This document shows, one piece after another, positions 29,133 through 39,555 of a stretch of DNA of 64,000 bases. This DNA is from Candidatus Hydrogenedentota bacterium (GTDB lineage Bacteria > Hydrogenedentota > Hydrogenedentia > Hydrogenedentales > SLHB01): the NCBI GenBank assembly GCA_963674865.2, contig CAXXYE010000009.1:992001-1056000 (forward strand), given 5' to 3'. Position numbers and translations under genes: made by a program. Under the pieces are notes generated by a model that was given only the letters and a program-made list of their open reading frames with translations, made no database searches and had not been told where the DNA came from. The first letter of the stretch is position 1; the number at the start of each line of letters is the position of its first letter.

Positions 29133-29387
29133 CGAGTCGTTCGCCGTGTGAAGACTCGGTAGCATTGACAGGGGCAAGAGCTTGGGCTATATTCAGCGAA
29201 CTGCAGTCGTACCAGCGCGTCTTCGCTGAGGCGCTCATAGCATGCGCCGAACGTGTCATACTTGGTGCCAGATTGGTGTGATGTGGCAGAAGAGCTTGAC
29301 GGAGTGTCCGGTGGCCGCTCGTGGTGGTCGGGCTTGCGCGTGTCGGGAAGAACGCACAAAGGGCATGCTAGAGTGGAACAGGGGGCA

Positions 29388-30551
29388 GTGCAGTTGGAGT
29401 ATCCTGAGGAGCCGGCCACGCAGCAATTGCCTAAGGTTGCCTTGGCATGTCCCGGGATTGGTCTTGTTCAGCGAGGTTTTGAGCGTCTATTCCGGGATCA
29501 GTTCGATCTCCTGGAAGGTGACCTGGAGATAACGCTGTTCAAAGGAGGGGGAAGGCCGAGTCAGCGAGAGAAGGTTCTTAACTTTGTTGCGCGAAACGGC
29601 CGCGTGGCGAAGTGGGCACCCCTTCACAGGCTGTTTGGGCGCACGCCCATGCATAGTGAGTGCCTGACGTTCGCCCTCGCCCTCTTGCCGCACCTGTCCA
29701 GGGGGCGGTACGATATCGTTCATTGTATTGATCCGCCATTGACACGCGTTCTCTTCAAATTGCGCGCGCTATTGTGTATGAAGTTCCGTCTTCTGTACAC
29801 GGAAGGGTGCGCTATGTCTCCCGCGGATTATCCGCCCGCGGATCACATGCAACAGATAGCGAAGGTGAGCTATGACGAGGCCCTGCGCCATGGACTCCCC
29901 GGGAATTATATGACCCTGCTGCCTTGCGGCATCTATCCGGAGCGGTTCGCGTGCGCCCACAGCCGCGCGCAGTTGCGAGAGGAACACGGTATTGCCGAAG
30001 ATGTCTTTGTGATCCTGTGCGTCGCCGCCCTCAATCGCAATCACAAACGGGTTGACTACTTGATCGAAGAGGTCTCCCGGGTGGAAGGGAAATGCCTGCT
30101 CTGGCTGGACGGCAGTCTCGACCACGGCGATCCCGGCTTGGTGGACTTCGCCAGGGAGCGCCTGGGCGAACGCTGCCGCATCACGCATGTGGCTTCCAAC
30201 GAGGTCGCCGAGCTGTATCATTTGGCCGATATTCAGGTGCATTGCTCGCTATTCGAAGCCTTCGGCTTGTCCATTGTCGAGGGAGCGGCCACGGGACTAC
30301 CTTTGTTGACACACAACGCTCCCCATTTCCAGTGGCTTTTGCCGAATCCTGATTCCTGGATTGACATGGAGCGGCCCGGAGCCCTGTCTGCCCGCCTTTC
30401 CTTCCTCATGTCGCATCCTGAGGCGCTCGAAGCGCTTACTTGCGCCGGGCAAGTAAGCGAGAGGTTTGCGTGGGAGAATCTGAAGCACGAGTACCTTGCG
30501 TTGTATCGCCGCGTTGCTGAGGGGCCGCTCTCAAAGGGGCGAAGGCAATGA
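29388..30551 (+). CDS. GT4 glycosyltransferase
   Basis: Motifs VALACPGIGLVQRGFE, ILCVAALNRNHKRVDYLI and SLFEAFGLSIVEGAATGLP. The GTG start is uncertain, as the ORF is open from 29253. Confidence 0.85.
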   Translation: MQLEYPEEPATQQLPKVALACPGIGLVQRGFERLFRDQFDLLEGDLEITLFKGGGRPSQREKVLNFVARNGRVAKWAPLHRLFGRTPMHSECLTFALALLPHLSRGRYDIVHCIDPPLTRVLFKLRALLCMKFRLLYTEGCAMSPADYPPADHMQQIAKVSYDEALRHGLPGNYMTLLPCGIYPERFACAHSRAQLREEHGIAEDVFVILCVAALNRNHKRVDYLIEEVSRVEGKCLLWLDGSLDHGDPGLVDFARERLGERCRITHVASNEVAELYHLADIQVHCSLFEAFGLSIVEGAATGLPLLTHNAPHFQWLLPNPDSWIDMERPGALSARLSFLMSHPEALEALTCAGQVSERFAWENLKHEYLALYRRVAEGPLSKGRRQ

Positions 30552-31537
30552 GCTCGCACGCGGACAGCACAGGTGACATGTTGAACTTATCCGTCCTGAT
30601 AGTGAGTTGGAACTCGCGTGAACTTCTCATGGATTGCCTCGCGTCCGTCGAAAGGGAGATGAGGCTGTCGCCGGATGCCTACGAGATCATTGTTGTGGAT
30701 AACGCCTCTTCGGATGGCAGCGTTCAAGAGGGGCGCGAGAGGTTTCCGCATGTCCGATGGGAAGAGAATCCGGAGAATCTGGGCTTCGCCGCGGGGTGCA
30801 ATCGGGCCTATTCCCTGAGCCGAGGGCAATGTATCCTCTTGCTCAATCCGGACACCGTGATCCTTGATCATGCAATTGACGAGATGCTGGCCGAATTTGA
30901 GCAAAGGCCTCAAGCCGGGGCGCTGGGGTCACGTCTTGTCAACGGAACGGATCGGTCCTTTCAGCGAGCCGCTGGCGGTGCTTTCCCTTCGCCCGCAAAC
31001 GTTGCGTGGAACTACCTCTTCTGGGGCCGCTTGTTTCCAAGCCGGTTCTCGCCGCCTCCGCTCTTTCTGAAAGGCGATCCTCGAGAGGTTATCGAAGTCG
31101 ACTGGGTTTCGGGAGCCGCCATGCTTCTGCGTCGAGAGGCCTTGGGAGACAGCATCTTCGACGAGTCCTTCTTCCTTTTCGGGGAAGACATGGATCTTTG
31201 CGATCGCCTTCACCAGCGTGGGTGGCGCGTGCTTTATTCGGGCAAGACCAGCGTTCTGCACTATCATGGCCAGAGCTATCAGAAGCAGTCCTCGTTGGAG
31301 GTGCTTGAAACAGCGGTGAAAGGTCCTCGGGCGTTTTTCAAGCGCCGGCATGGGCGTGTCGAACTCGTCCTATATGACATGATCCTGCTTGTCGGCTATT
31401 TGGCGAGATGGGTTCTGTTTGGCCTTGTCGCCGTTGTACGTCCCGGCCGCGGTTATGGCACGCTGGCGTCGCTGAGCCGGTGTTATGCATTCACCGTGCT
31501 CCGGCTGCTGTGGGAGAGGACGCCGGTTAAGATATGA
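30548..31537 (+). CDS. GT2 glycosyltransferase (WbbL-like)
   Basis: Motifs SVLIVSWNS, VVDNASSDGS, NLGFAAGCN, LLLNPDT, DWVSGAAMLLR and FDESFFLFGEDMDLC. ATGA overlap with the upstream gene. Confidence 0.9.
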   Translation: MSSHADSTGDMLNLSVLIVSWNSRELLMDCLASVEREMRLSPDAYEIIVVDNASSDGSVQEGRERFPHVRWEENPENLGFAAGCNRAYSLSRGQCILLLNPDTVILDHAIDEMLAEFEQRPQAGALGSRLVNGTDRSFQRAAGGAFPSPANVAWNYLFWGRLFPSRFSPPPLFLKGDPREVIEVDWVSGAAMLLRREALGDSIFDESFFLFGEDMDLCDRLHQRGWRVLYSGKTSVLHYHGQSYQKQSSLEVLETAVKGPRAFFKRRHGRVELVLYDMILLVGYLARWVLFGLVAVVRPGRGYGTLASLSRCYAFTVLRLLWERTPVKI

Positions 31538-31571
31538 GTCTTCGCAAAGATCCAGTGGACTTTTCGGCTAC

Positions 31572-32522
31572 ATGAACACGACCTTCCATGGCCCAGAAGC
31601 TTCGGGGTGCGTTCAGGACGGCCCGCCGTTCTTCAGCATCATCATGAATGTATACAATGGCGAGAAGTATCTCCCAGAGGCGATAGAAAGTGTTCTTGCT
31701 CAGACGTTTGCTCGCTGGGAGTTGATCTGTTGGGACGACTGCTCAGCGGATCGAAGCGCGGATGTCTGCCGCCAATACTCCGATGAACGCATCCGCTATT
31801 ACCTCGCCCCTACCCACACGTCGGTGGCTGAGGCCCGTAACGCCGCCATGCAGCAAGCCCGGGGGCAATGGCTCGCGTTTCTCGATCAGGATGACTTCTG
31901 GGAGCCCACCAAGCTGGCCGATCAACACGCATTGATCGCACAGAAAGCCGGAGCGAATCTCGGAATTGTCTATGGCCGGACGATGCAAGTGGATAGACGC
32001 GGGCGACAGCGGGATTTTGATCGCTGGCACGAATTCTCCGCGCTCCCGGACGGCGACATCTTCCAAGAACTCATCAGAAGGCCCTGTTTCGTTTGCCTGA
32101 GTTCGGCGGCGCTGCTCCGTACTGCCGTCGAGGAACTTGGCGATATACCGAAAGAAGTTGTCTACTGCCCCGATTATTACCTCTTCGTCATGGTGGCTCG
32201 AAACTACAGCGCGGCTCCTCTCCAGGATGTGTGTTGCTGGTATCGCCTACACGATGCCAACATGTCGCACAAGTATACCGTTCAGATACACGGCGAGATT
32301 CTCAGCATTATCGAAGGTTGCTCCGATCGGGTCGATGGCGCGACGTTGTCGCGCCGCCGTAGAGTACACAACACGTTGGTGGGCCTCGAGGAGATACGCC
32401 GCAAGGCAACATTTGCCAAGGGCGTTTTGCGTATACTTGGAAGAGGTTCCCTTGCGTACCTGTTCGGGAGGCCGTGGCTCTACGGATTTCGTAGCGCCCG
32501 CCGTGGGATGCGTAGTCTATGA
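31572..32522 (+). CDS. GT2 glycosyltransferase
   Basis: Motifs FSIIMNVYNGEKYLPEAIESVLAQTF, WDDCSADRS, ARNAAM and AFLDQDDFW. Confidence 0.9.
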   Translation: MNTTFHGPEASGCVQDGPPFFSIIMNVYNGEKYLPEAIESVLAQTFARWELICWDDCSADRSADVCRQYSDERIRYYLAPTHTSVAEARNAAMQQARGQWLAFLDQDDFWEPTKLADQHALIAQKAGANLGIVYGRTMQVDRRGRQRDFDRWHEFSALPDGDIFQELIRRPCFVCLSSAALLRTAVEELGDIPKEVVYCPDYYLFVMVARNYSAAPLQDVCCWYRLHDANMSHKYTVQIHGEILSIIEGCSDRVDGATLSRRRRVHNTLVGLEEIRRKATFAKGVLRILGRGSLAYLFGRPWLYGFRSARRGMRSL

Positions 32523-33376
32523 AGTATGAAGCGCTTACACTCATCCGCTCGTTGGGAGTTCTGAGGCCCCTGGATGCCGTGGCGTATCTTATTGAGCGGC
32601 TCCGTGTTGCGGGGCAAAACCGGGAGTTCTTGAGGGACTCGCCCGGTTTTACGCCCCCCCCCTATGATTTGGCGTTCGATGCCTTTCACCACTGCAACTG
32701 GCGAAAATACCATGACGTCGGCCTGTGCCATGCTACGGTCTTTGCCCGCCTCATTCGGCAGAGCGTACCGCGTTCGGGCTTGGCGATTCTTGAATGGGGC
32801 TGTGGGCCGGGGCGCTTGATTCGACACATGCCCGAGCTTCTTGAGGATTGCGTCGAAAGTCTTGTCGGCTCCGACTATAACCCGCGAAGTGTAGAGTGGT
32901 GCCGCGCCCAGTTCCCCGGCATGGACTTCGTTCACAACGGCGCCATGCCTCCCTTGCCATTCAGCGACGGGCACTTCGACGCTGTGTACTGCTTCTCAGT
33001 TTTTACGCATCTCTCGGAAGCGGCGCAGCGGGCTTGGGCGGTTGAACTGCACCGCGTTATCAAGGCTGGCGGCGTCCTGATCTGTACCACGCATGGCGAC
33101 AATTACCGTTACCTGCTTACGAGCAAGAAGGATCGGATGCGCTACGACGCGGGTGAGATAACTGTACAAGCTCGCTATGGCGAGGGTAAGAAATGGTATT
33201 TCGCCTTTCATCCAGCGCATTCCGTACAGCATAATCTGCTGAGAGAGTTCGCGGAAGTACGCCGAGGCGACATCCAGGAAGCAGACAACTTGCTCCAAGA
33301 TGTCTGGGTGGCGCGAAAAGCCCAAGAGGACTCCGCCGAGGCGGGAATTCGACCTGACGAGGGGAACGGGGCATGA
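32519..33376 (+). CDS. Class I SAM-dependent methyltransferase
   Basis: Motifs ILEWGCGPGRL, GSDYN, PPLPFSDGHFDAVYCFSVFTHLS and TTHG. Confidence 0.88.
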   Translation: MKYEALTLIRSLGVLRPLDAVAYLIERLRVAGQNREFLRDSPGFTPPPYDLAFDAFHHCNWRKYHDVGLCHATVFARLIRQSVPRSGLAILEWGCGPGRLIRHMPELLEDCVESLVGSDYNPRSVEWCRAQFPGMDFVHNGAMPPLPFSDGHFDAVYCFSVFTHLSEAAQRAWAVELHRVIKAGGVLICTTHGDNYRYLLTSKKDRMRYDAGEITVQARYGEGKKWYFAFHPAHSVQHNLLREFAEVRRGDIQEADNLLQDVWVARKAQEDSAEAGIRPDEGNGA

Positions 33377-34551
33377 AGTTGGCCATTATTGGCGACAGAG
33401 GCATTCCCGCGCGGTACAGCGGCTACAGTACGCTGGTGGAAGAGCTGGCGGTGCGTCTGACGCGCGATTACGGAATGGACGTCACCGTCTATTGTCGAAA
33501 TCACTACTATGATGACAGGCCTCGCGAGTACAAGGGCGTCCATTGCGTCTATCTTCCGGCCCCTGGCGGGAAGAACTTCGAGAGCATTATCCACAGCAAC
33601 CTGGCTATGCTGCACGCTGTATTTCGCCGTTACGACCTGGCGTTTGTGGTCGATCCGGGAAACGCGCCTTTTGCTCTTCCGCTCGTTCTGCGCCGCGTGC
33701 CCACCGTATTTCACACCGACGGACTGGGATGGAAGCGGCAGAAATGGGGACGTCTGCAGCGGCGCTACTATAAGTTCGCCGAATGGGTGTGCGCGCGGCT
33801 TGCCACGTGGCTCGTCACGGACTCTCGCGCCATGCAGGAGTACTACAAGGAAGAGTACGGGGCGGCCGGCAGTTTCATCCCCTATTCGGGGGAAGTCGGA
33901 CAGCCACCGGATCAAGCCTGCCTAGAGAAGTACGGCCTTGAGCGAGGAGGCTTCTATCTCGTTGTCGCCCGCGTGGAGCCGGAGAACAACATTGATTTGA
34001 TCATTCGAGAATACCGCGCCGCCAACATAAGGCGGCCGCTGGTGGTTGTGGGCGCGGCACGCTACGAGACGCCGTATTCGCAGCATGTCTTTGCCGAGGA
34101 CGACGGCAATGTGCATTGCATTGGGAGCGTTTACGAATCGTGCATGCTTAACGCCTTGTATGACAATTGCTATGCCTATCTGCACGGCCATGAAGTGGGC
34201 GGGACGAATCCGAGTCTGTTGCGTGCCATGCAGGCTGGGGCGGCATGCGTGCCGCTCAGCGTGGTTTTCAACCACGAGGTTATGGAGGGAAAAGGCGTCT
34301 TCTTCAGCAAGGAAGCGGGGCAACTGGCGACGCTTCTGCGACGTCTTGACGGGAATCCCGAGGAAGTGGAGGCCCTGGGGCGCATCGCCCAACGGCGCGC
34401 GACCACATTTTACCGCTGGGATGCCGTGGCCGCGGGATATGCCGAGATGTTTCGTAAGGTGGTTGAGGCGCGTCGGGGCCATTCATCATGCAAAGTTCTG
34501 CTCTCGGACGAGGTCTACCGGCCTTGGGAGTTCCTGCCATCCGGCCAGTAG
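33373..34551 (+). CDS. GT4 glycosyltransferase with a DUF1972-like N-terminus
   Basis: Motifs MKLAIIGDRGIPARYSG, DGLGWKRQKW, VARVEPENNI and YLHGHEVGGTNPSLL. Confidence 0.9.
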   Translation: MKLAIIGDRGIPARYSGYSTLVEELAVRLTRDYGMDVTVYCRNHYYDDRPREYKGVHCVYLPAPGGKNFESIIHSNLAMLHAVFRRYDLAFVVDPGNAPFALPLVLRRVPTVFHTDGLGWKRQKWGRLQRRYYKFAEWVCARLATWLVTDSRAMQEYYKEEYGAAGSFIPYSGEVGQPPDQACLEKYGLERGGFYLVVARVEPENNIDLIIREYRAANIRRPLVVVGAARYETPYSQHVFAEDDGNVHCIGSVYESCMLNALYDNCYAYLHGHEVGGTNPSLLRAMQAGAACVPLSVVFNHEVMEGKGVFFSKEAGQLATLLRRLDGNPEEVEALGRIAQRRATTFYRWDAVAAGYAEMFRKVVEARRGHSSCKVLLSDEVYRPWEFLPSGQ

Positions 34552-34612
34552 CGCTGTCGCGGCGGCCTCCTATGCCGACGTGCTACACCGACAACAGAGA
34601 AACCGTAGGACT

Positions 34613-35785
34613 ATGAGTTCCTCTTTGAAAGTCTTGCACGCGTTCAACCGGCATCGAGGCGGCGGCGGTTCGGATAATGCATGGGATGCGTCGATTCAGC
34701 TCTGCCGGGAACACGGGCTTGACGTCGCGACGTTCTCTCGCGACAGCCGGGAACTGCCGGACGGTGTCGCCGGGAAGTGCAGGGCGTTTGCCGGCGGCAT
34801 TTACTCACGCGAAGCCGTGAGGGACTTCGTCCAGGCGCTGGAGTCCTTTCAGCCGGATGTTGTGCACGCGCATGAGTTGTACCCGCTGATATCCCCCTGG
34901 ATTCTCCCTGAATGTACGCGCGCGGGCGTGCCGGTGGTTATGACTTGTTACGACTTCCGCCTGACGTGTCCCATGGCTACGCATTTCCGGAAGGGCGAGG
35001 TGTGTCTCAAATGCCTGGGGGGGCGCGAGTATTGGGCTGTTCTTAAGAACTGCCGGGGCAATTGGGCCGAGAGCCTAGCCTATGCCCTTCGCAGCGCCGT
35101 GGCGCGCCGGTTTCGCCTGTTCACGGACCACGTCTCCCACTTCATCGCGCTGGCGGAGTTCAGCCGGCAATGGATGATGACGGAGGCGGGCGTGCAGGAA
35201 GACCGCATCGGCATCGTTCCGTGCGCCATACCGCTTCCCGAAGAGCGGTCCGAGCCAGCCAAGGGCGAGTACGTCGGATTTGCCGGCCGGTTTGTTCCCG
35301 AGAAGGGCGTCGAGCTCTTGATCGAGGCGGCGCGGAAGACGGGCATTCCGATCAAACTTGCCGGTAACGAGCCGTCGCATCCAGCCATTCGATGTGGCGA
35401 TCCCGTCGAGTGCGTGATGACGGCGTCTCGACAAGAACTCATCGACTTCTACCTGGGAGCGCGCCTGTTGGTGGTGCCCAGCATCTGGTATGAGGTCTTC
35501 GGGATTGTCGCAGCCGAGGCGATGAGCCTGGGTGTGCCCGTCATTGCCGCGCGCATAGGCGGACTTCAAGCCACTATCGAGGATGGCGTGACGGGCCTTC
35601 TCTTTGATTCCGGCGATGTGTCGGACTTGGCGGAGAAGATGGAGAGGCTATGGCACGATCCGCAACGGTGCCAATCCATGGGCGAGGCCGGGCGGATGCA
35701 CGTGGCGGAGCGTTTCAGCGGCTCTGCGCACGTCGCGGGCCTGCTGGACGCCTACCAACGGGCAAGGCAGTGTCCCGTCTATTAG
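34613..35785 (+). CDS. GT4 glycosyltransferase
   Basis: Motifs PDVVHAHELYPLISP, DFRLTCP, FAGRFVPEKGV and PSIWYEVFGIVAAEAMSLGVPVI. Confidence 0.9.
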   Translation: MSSSLKVLHAFNRHRGGGGSDNAWDASIQLCREHGLDVATFSRDSRELPDGVAGKCRAFAGGIYSREAVRDFVQALESFQPDVVHAHELYPLISPWILPECTRAGVPVVMTCYDFRLTCPMATHFRKGEVCLKCLGGREYWAVLKNCRGNWAESLAYALRSAVARRFRLFTDHVSHFIALAEFSRQWMMTEAGVQEDRIGIVPCAIPLPEERSEPAKGEYVGFAGRFVPEKGVELLIEAARKTGIPIKLAGNEPSHPAIRCGDPVECVMTASRQELIDFYLGARLLVVPSIWYEVFGIVAAEAMSLGVPVIAARIGGLQATIEDGVTGLLFDSGDVSDLAEKMERLWHDPQRCQSMGEAGRMHVAERFSGSAHVAGLLDAYQRARQCPVY

Positions 35786-35858
35786 GCGCCGCCGCGCACA
35801 GCAGCAGACAGCGTTGGCTTCGACGGATACGGGCTTGCCGACAAGGAGGATGGACGCA

Positions 35859-36119
35859 ATGTCGAGTCTTTACGCGGTAGTGCTGGGGGGGAACCAAACC
35901 GGTTCGCGTCTTGGCGAGGATCACGAAGTGGTTTTCGTGGTTGCCGATGACGAGGCGCAGGCGCGCGCCAAGGCGAAAACCAAGTGGTCGGGCAAAACCA
36001 CCGCGGGCCTGCATATCGATTCTCTGGCGAAGATCGACACGATCGACGGATTCAGGCTCCAGCTCACTCCCGAAGGTGAAGGCGATCGCATCGCCGTCAA
36101 TCAGAATTCATCGGTGTAG
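35859..36119 (+). CDS. DUF1543-like small protein
   Basis: RBS AAGGAGG. Sequence LYAVVLGG...EDHEVVFVVA...AKAKTKW...LHIDS...IDGFRLQL. Confidence 0.7.
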   Translation: MSSLYAVVLGGNQTGSRLGEDHEVVFVVADDEAQARAKAKTKWSGKTTAGLHIDSLAKIDTIDGFRLQLTPEGEGDRIAVNQNSSV

Positions 36120-39100
36120 ACTGCTCGCACCGCAATTCAATCAAGTGTTCAACCGCTTGTTTTCGGAACCTTTGAAAGAGTTCGGCGTCCAGTCGTGGCA
36201 CCGAGTCGTGGCGTGTGATTTCATATACCTTGTCAAGGCGCCATTCGGCCACCTTGCCTACCATCTCGTCGACGAAAGCTTGCGCCGCATCCGCCTCGGG
36301 GACAGAGCCTCGGGCTCGGGCCTCTTGCGCGGCCTCACGCAGCAGTAGTAGGACCTTGTAGTCCTCGATCCCGTCTCGTACGGCTTCCCAGCGGCGTGAG
36401 GGAACGACTTTGTCGCCCGCGGTATACACGATCGAAAACACGTCGCCCTCGTTGGGACGCCAGAGGTCATTGGGGCCGTATACCCAGAATCCCGCGCCTT
36501 CGGCTCCAAACATCCAGGCCATCCACGCGATGCCCCGGTAGTAGTCGAGGGGAAACAAGTCCTTCGCGTGGTAGTTCACGATGAACATCCAGTACTTCTC
36601 GGCGTTATTGTCGAACCATTCCACAAAGTCACGTCCACGGAATGGCACGTCGACGTTGGGCTGCCAAATGTCTATCAGTTCCTTGAATTCCTCGATGTAC
36701 TCGATTCGGGCGCTCCCGATGGGATTGGCATAGAGGCGCACCTCAGGATCTGCTTCCCGGATGCGTTTACAGAACGTGCGTAACGTGTCTATCCCCCGGA
36801 ATCCCCAGAGCCAGGGCTCGTCCATCGGATAGAGCGCCCACTGTTCATTGCCGTACCCGCGCCTCTCCAGATGACGCGACATCTCCCGCAGGGCGCTGCG
36901 CAAACCCGCGATGTGCAAGGCACTTCCTTCTTCAGGTTTGACGCCTTGCGGCCACTCGAGCGGTGGGGGCGCGTGAAAGAGGAACTGGAAGTGCTCAGGA
37001 AGCCGGGCCAGGCTGGCATCCACGTGCGCCCAATCGACCTCTTCCTTGAGGCGGCCCTCTGCGTCGAGGCGCATGGCGGGCAGTTCGGGGCCGTAGGCGA
37101 CGCTTACCTCGTGCGCCAACATGTCCTCGATCTGTTGATCGCTGACTTCGCCAACGTCGATTCTAGTCCAGGTCATCTGGGCATAGCCGCGCTCCGGAAG
37201 GGAGAGAGGCCATACCTCGATGCCGATGGGAACTTCGACGTGAGTGGGGGTGACGGCCAGATCCGAAAGATGGAGCAGCGCCGAATGTGAGCCAGGCGCC
37301 AGGTCCTTGGTGTCCGTGACGATCCAAAGCTGTTCGATTTGGCCGGGGGCGATAGTGATCGCCCCGGAATTATCGAGTTCCGGCAGCGCATCGTAGACCA
37401 TCTCTCCATATTGTCCCGGCACGGCCAGGATACGCCGCAGTTGGAATCGATTCGCGAGCGGAGCCACCGGCCCGGGCTGGTTGCCGGATTGCGCTGGACT
37501 CTGAAATGTGCAGCGAACATCAATCGGCCTACCTGTCAGGTTCAGAAGATTGAGCGCTATGGACTCCTTCTCATTCTGAAATGCATCGATCCTAAGCCCG
37601 GCTTCCGACGGTGGTCCTTCGGGCAGGGCCGTAGGATCGAAATGATTCCATGGATCGTCGTCTTGCCAATAGACGTACGCCATGGGCTCCCCAGTGCTCC
37701 AGGTTTCCTTCGCGATGTCTGCCCAGCGTTTCAGAGTGCGTGCGCTTTGGCGCAGCGCGTCAGCTTGTGAAGCGAGTTGCTCATCCGTCAGGCCCGTAGC
37801 GGCATCCAGGTAGGCCGAGGTCTCCTTCAGGGCGCCCAGGCGCGCAATGATGCCGGAAACATCCGCCGCCGCCATGCCCGTTTCAACAGCAGCATTGCAG
37901 GCTTTTTGAAGGCCGTCAACGCCCCAAGCGCTGGGCGCGAGCGGCTTGAGAGTCCAATGCTGTGCGGCGAACACGCTGTCGGGACTGGAGGTCATCAGCC
38001 GGGCGGATACTTCCGCAGCGGCCTTGCTCGCGACTCGGAAGTGGACCTCTGCTTCTCCCGTCTTCGCGGCCGCCCGCGCGGTGTAGCGTTCAACGGGGCC
38101 GCTGGGGCGCTCTATGCTCACCTCGAACAGCACATCCGCGCCGGGCGCATCCTGCCACTCAGCACGGATAACATTCTCGCCGAAGTAGAGCGGGCCGGCA
38201 TCGAACCGGACGCCTGCCGCGCCCTTCCGGGGCGGCGGCGTCTTGGATGCAGGGGCTCCCGGCGCCACGCGTATTGAACCGGACATCGCCGAGTCGCCGC
38301 GGAGGGAGGGCCAGGCGACTTCTCCCCGTGCCTTCCATGTCAGCGCGTACATGGTGTTCGGGGATTCGGAAACCGCGAGCACTTCCAGTTCGCCATCGCC
38401 GTCAATATCTCCAACGGCGGGGGCCATCTTCGCGCTCTCGCCCAGCGCAAGGCGCTCCTCGATTTCGCCTTGAGGGCCGATCACATACATGGTGGTTCCC
38501 GTGGCGAAGTCGGTGTTTCGGACGCCGACGATGGCTTCGAGTTGGCCATCACCGTCAACGTCCGCGATGGCGGGAGCGTAGAAGATGCCTCGTTGAGCCA
38601 GATCCGCGTTCCACAGCTCCTTACCCCCTGCGTCAACGCAATGCAGGCGGTTGTCCTTGTCGCCGTAGAGGACTTCGAGGACGCCGTCCGTGTTGATGTC
38701 CGCCGCGGCGATCGAGAGATAACTCGACATGCGGTAGGCGGCGGCCCACACCGGCTCACCCGTCCTTCCGTCGAGGGCGAGCAGTTGCGGCATCTGCCCC
38801 GTGAAGCTGCGCGTTATGAGCGCCATTGCATGGCCGTCGCCATCCAGGTCGGCGATTAGCGGCCCAGAGCGGCCAAGGGGATGTCCAATTGGACGCCACC
38901 ACTTGACGCGTCCCCATCCGTCCAGGCAGTAGACGTTGCCTTCGTCGGTTCCGTAGATGATTTCCAGGCGCCCATCCCCGTCGACGTCGGTGGCCGTGGG
39001 AGGGCCCGTCCGCGCGAGGCCGCCGTTGAAGCGCCAAAGAGGGATTCCCTCAGCGCTGATGCAGTGAAGCCATGCTTCGTCGAAGCCCGCGATGATCTCG

Positions 39101-39555
39101 AGTCCCTTGCTCTCCGCAACGGCATCGACAACCGCAATAGACTTGAGGTTGTCTGTGCAGCCGACATCGACTTTGGTTCGCCAGCGCCTATTGCCCAGCG
39201 CGTCGAGGCAAAGCACTGAGCCATCGGCCAGTGAAACGACTACCTCGACACTGCCGTCGCCGTCGAGATCGGCGGCGGCCGCCGGCGTGATGGGCCTGCT
39301 GTCGACCTCGAAGCGCCACCGCAGCGAACCCTTGCCGTTTATCAGCGCGATGCATGAACCCGCCGCCGCGATCACCCCTTCGGACTCCGCCGCGGAGGGA
39401 TAAAGCGTGGGGGACTGTACCTGTCCCTCGAATGGGAACTCCCATTCAACCGAACTCTCGGCAAATGCCTTGGGAAAGGTTATGGCAACGGCGAGGAGTA
39501 GAAAGGCCCCAACGACCCGAGGCGGACATACGCTTCCAGCATTCACCTTCTTCAT
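36097..39555 (-). CDS. Secreted FG-GAP/VCBS beta-propeller plus a C-terminal DUF4091/GH123-like putative glycosidase
   Basis: Signal peptide and repeated D(L/V/I)DGDGxxE motifs. C-terminal motifs AFQNEKES, LYPMDEP and PSRRWEAVRDGIEDY. Confidence 0.8.
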   Translation of the reverse strand: MKKVNAGSVCPPRVVGAFLLLAVAITFPKAFAESSVEWEFPFEGQVQSPTLYPSAAESEGVIAAAGSCIALINGKGSLRWRFEVDSRPITPAAAADLDGDGSVEVVVSLADGSVLCLDALGNRRWRTKVDVGCTDNLKSIAVVDAVAESKGLEIIAGFDEAWLHCISAEGIPLWRFNGGLARTGPPTATDVDGDGRLEIIYGTDEGNVYCLDGWGRVKWWRPIGHPLGRSGPLIADLDGDGHAMALITRSFTGQMPQLLALDGRTGEPVWAAAYRMSSYLSIAAADINTDGVLEVLYGDKDNRLHCVDAGGKELWNADLAQRGIFYAPAIADVDGDGQLEAIVGVRNTDFATGTTMYVIGPQGEIEERLALGESAKMAPAVGDIDGDGELEVLAVSESPNTMYALTWKARGEVAWPSLRGDSAMSGSIRVAPGAPASKTPPPRKGAAGVRFDAGPLYFGENVIRAEWQDAPGADVLFEVSIERPSGPVERYTARAAAKTGEAEVHFRVASKAAAEVSARLMTSSPDSVFAAQHWTLKPLAPSAWGVDGLQKACNAAVETGMAAADVSGIIARLGALKETSAYLDAATGLTDEQLASQADALRQSARTLKRWADIAKETWSTGEPMAYVYWQDDDPWNHFDPTALPEGPPSEAGLRIDAFQNEKESIALNLLNLTGRPIDVRCTFQSPAQSGNQPGPVAPLANRFQLRRILAVPGQYGEMVYDALPELDNSGAITIAPGQIEQLWIVTDTKDLAPGSHSALLHLSDLAVTPTHVEVPIGIEVWPLSLPERGYAQMTWTRIDVGEVSDQQIEDMLAHEVSVAYGPELPAMRLDAEGRLKEEVDWAHVDASLARLPEHFQFLFHAPPPLEWPQGVKPEEGSALHIAGLRSALREMSRHLERRGYGNEQWALYPMDEPWLWGFRGIDTLRTFCKRIREADPEVRLYANPIGSARIEYIEEFKELIDIWQPNVDVPFRGRDFVEWFDNNAEKYWMFIVNYHAKDLFPLDYYRGIAWMAWMFGAEGAGFWVYGPNDLWRPNEGDVFSIVYTAGDKVVPSRRWEAVRDGIEDYKVLLLLREAAQEARARGSVPEADAAQAFVDEMVGKVAEWRLDKVYEITRHDSVPRLDAELFQRFRKQAVEHLIELRCEQSTPMNSD

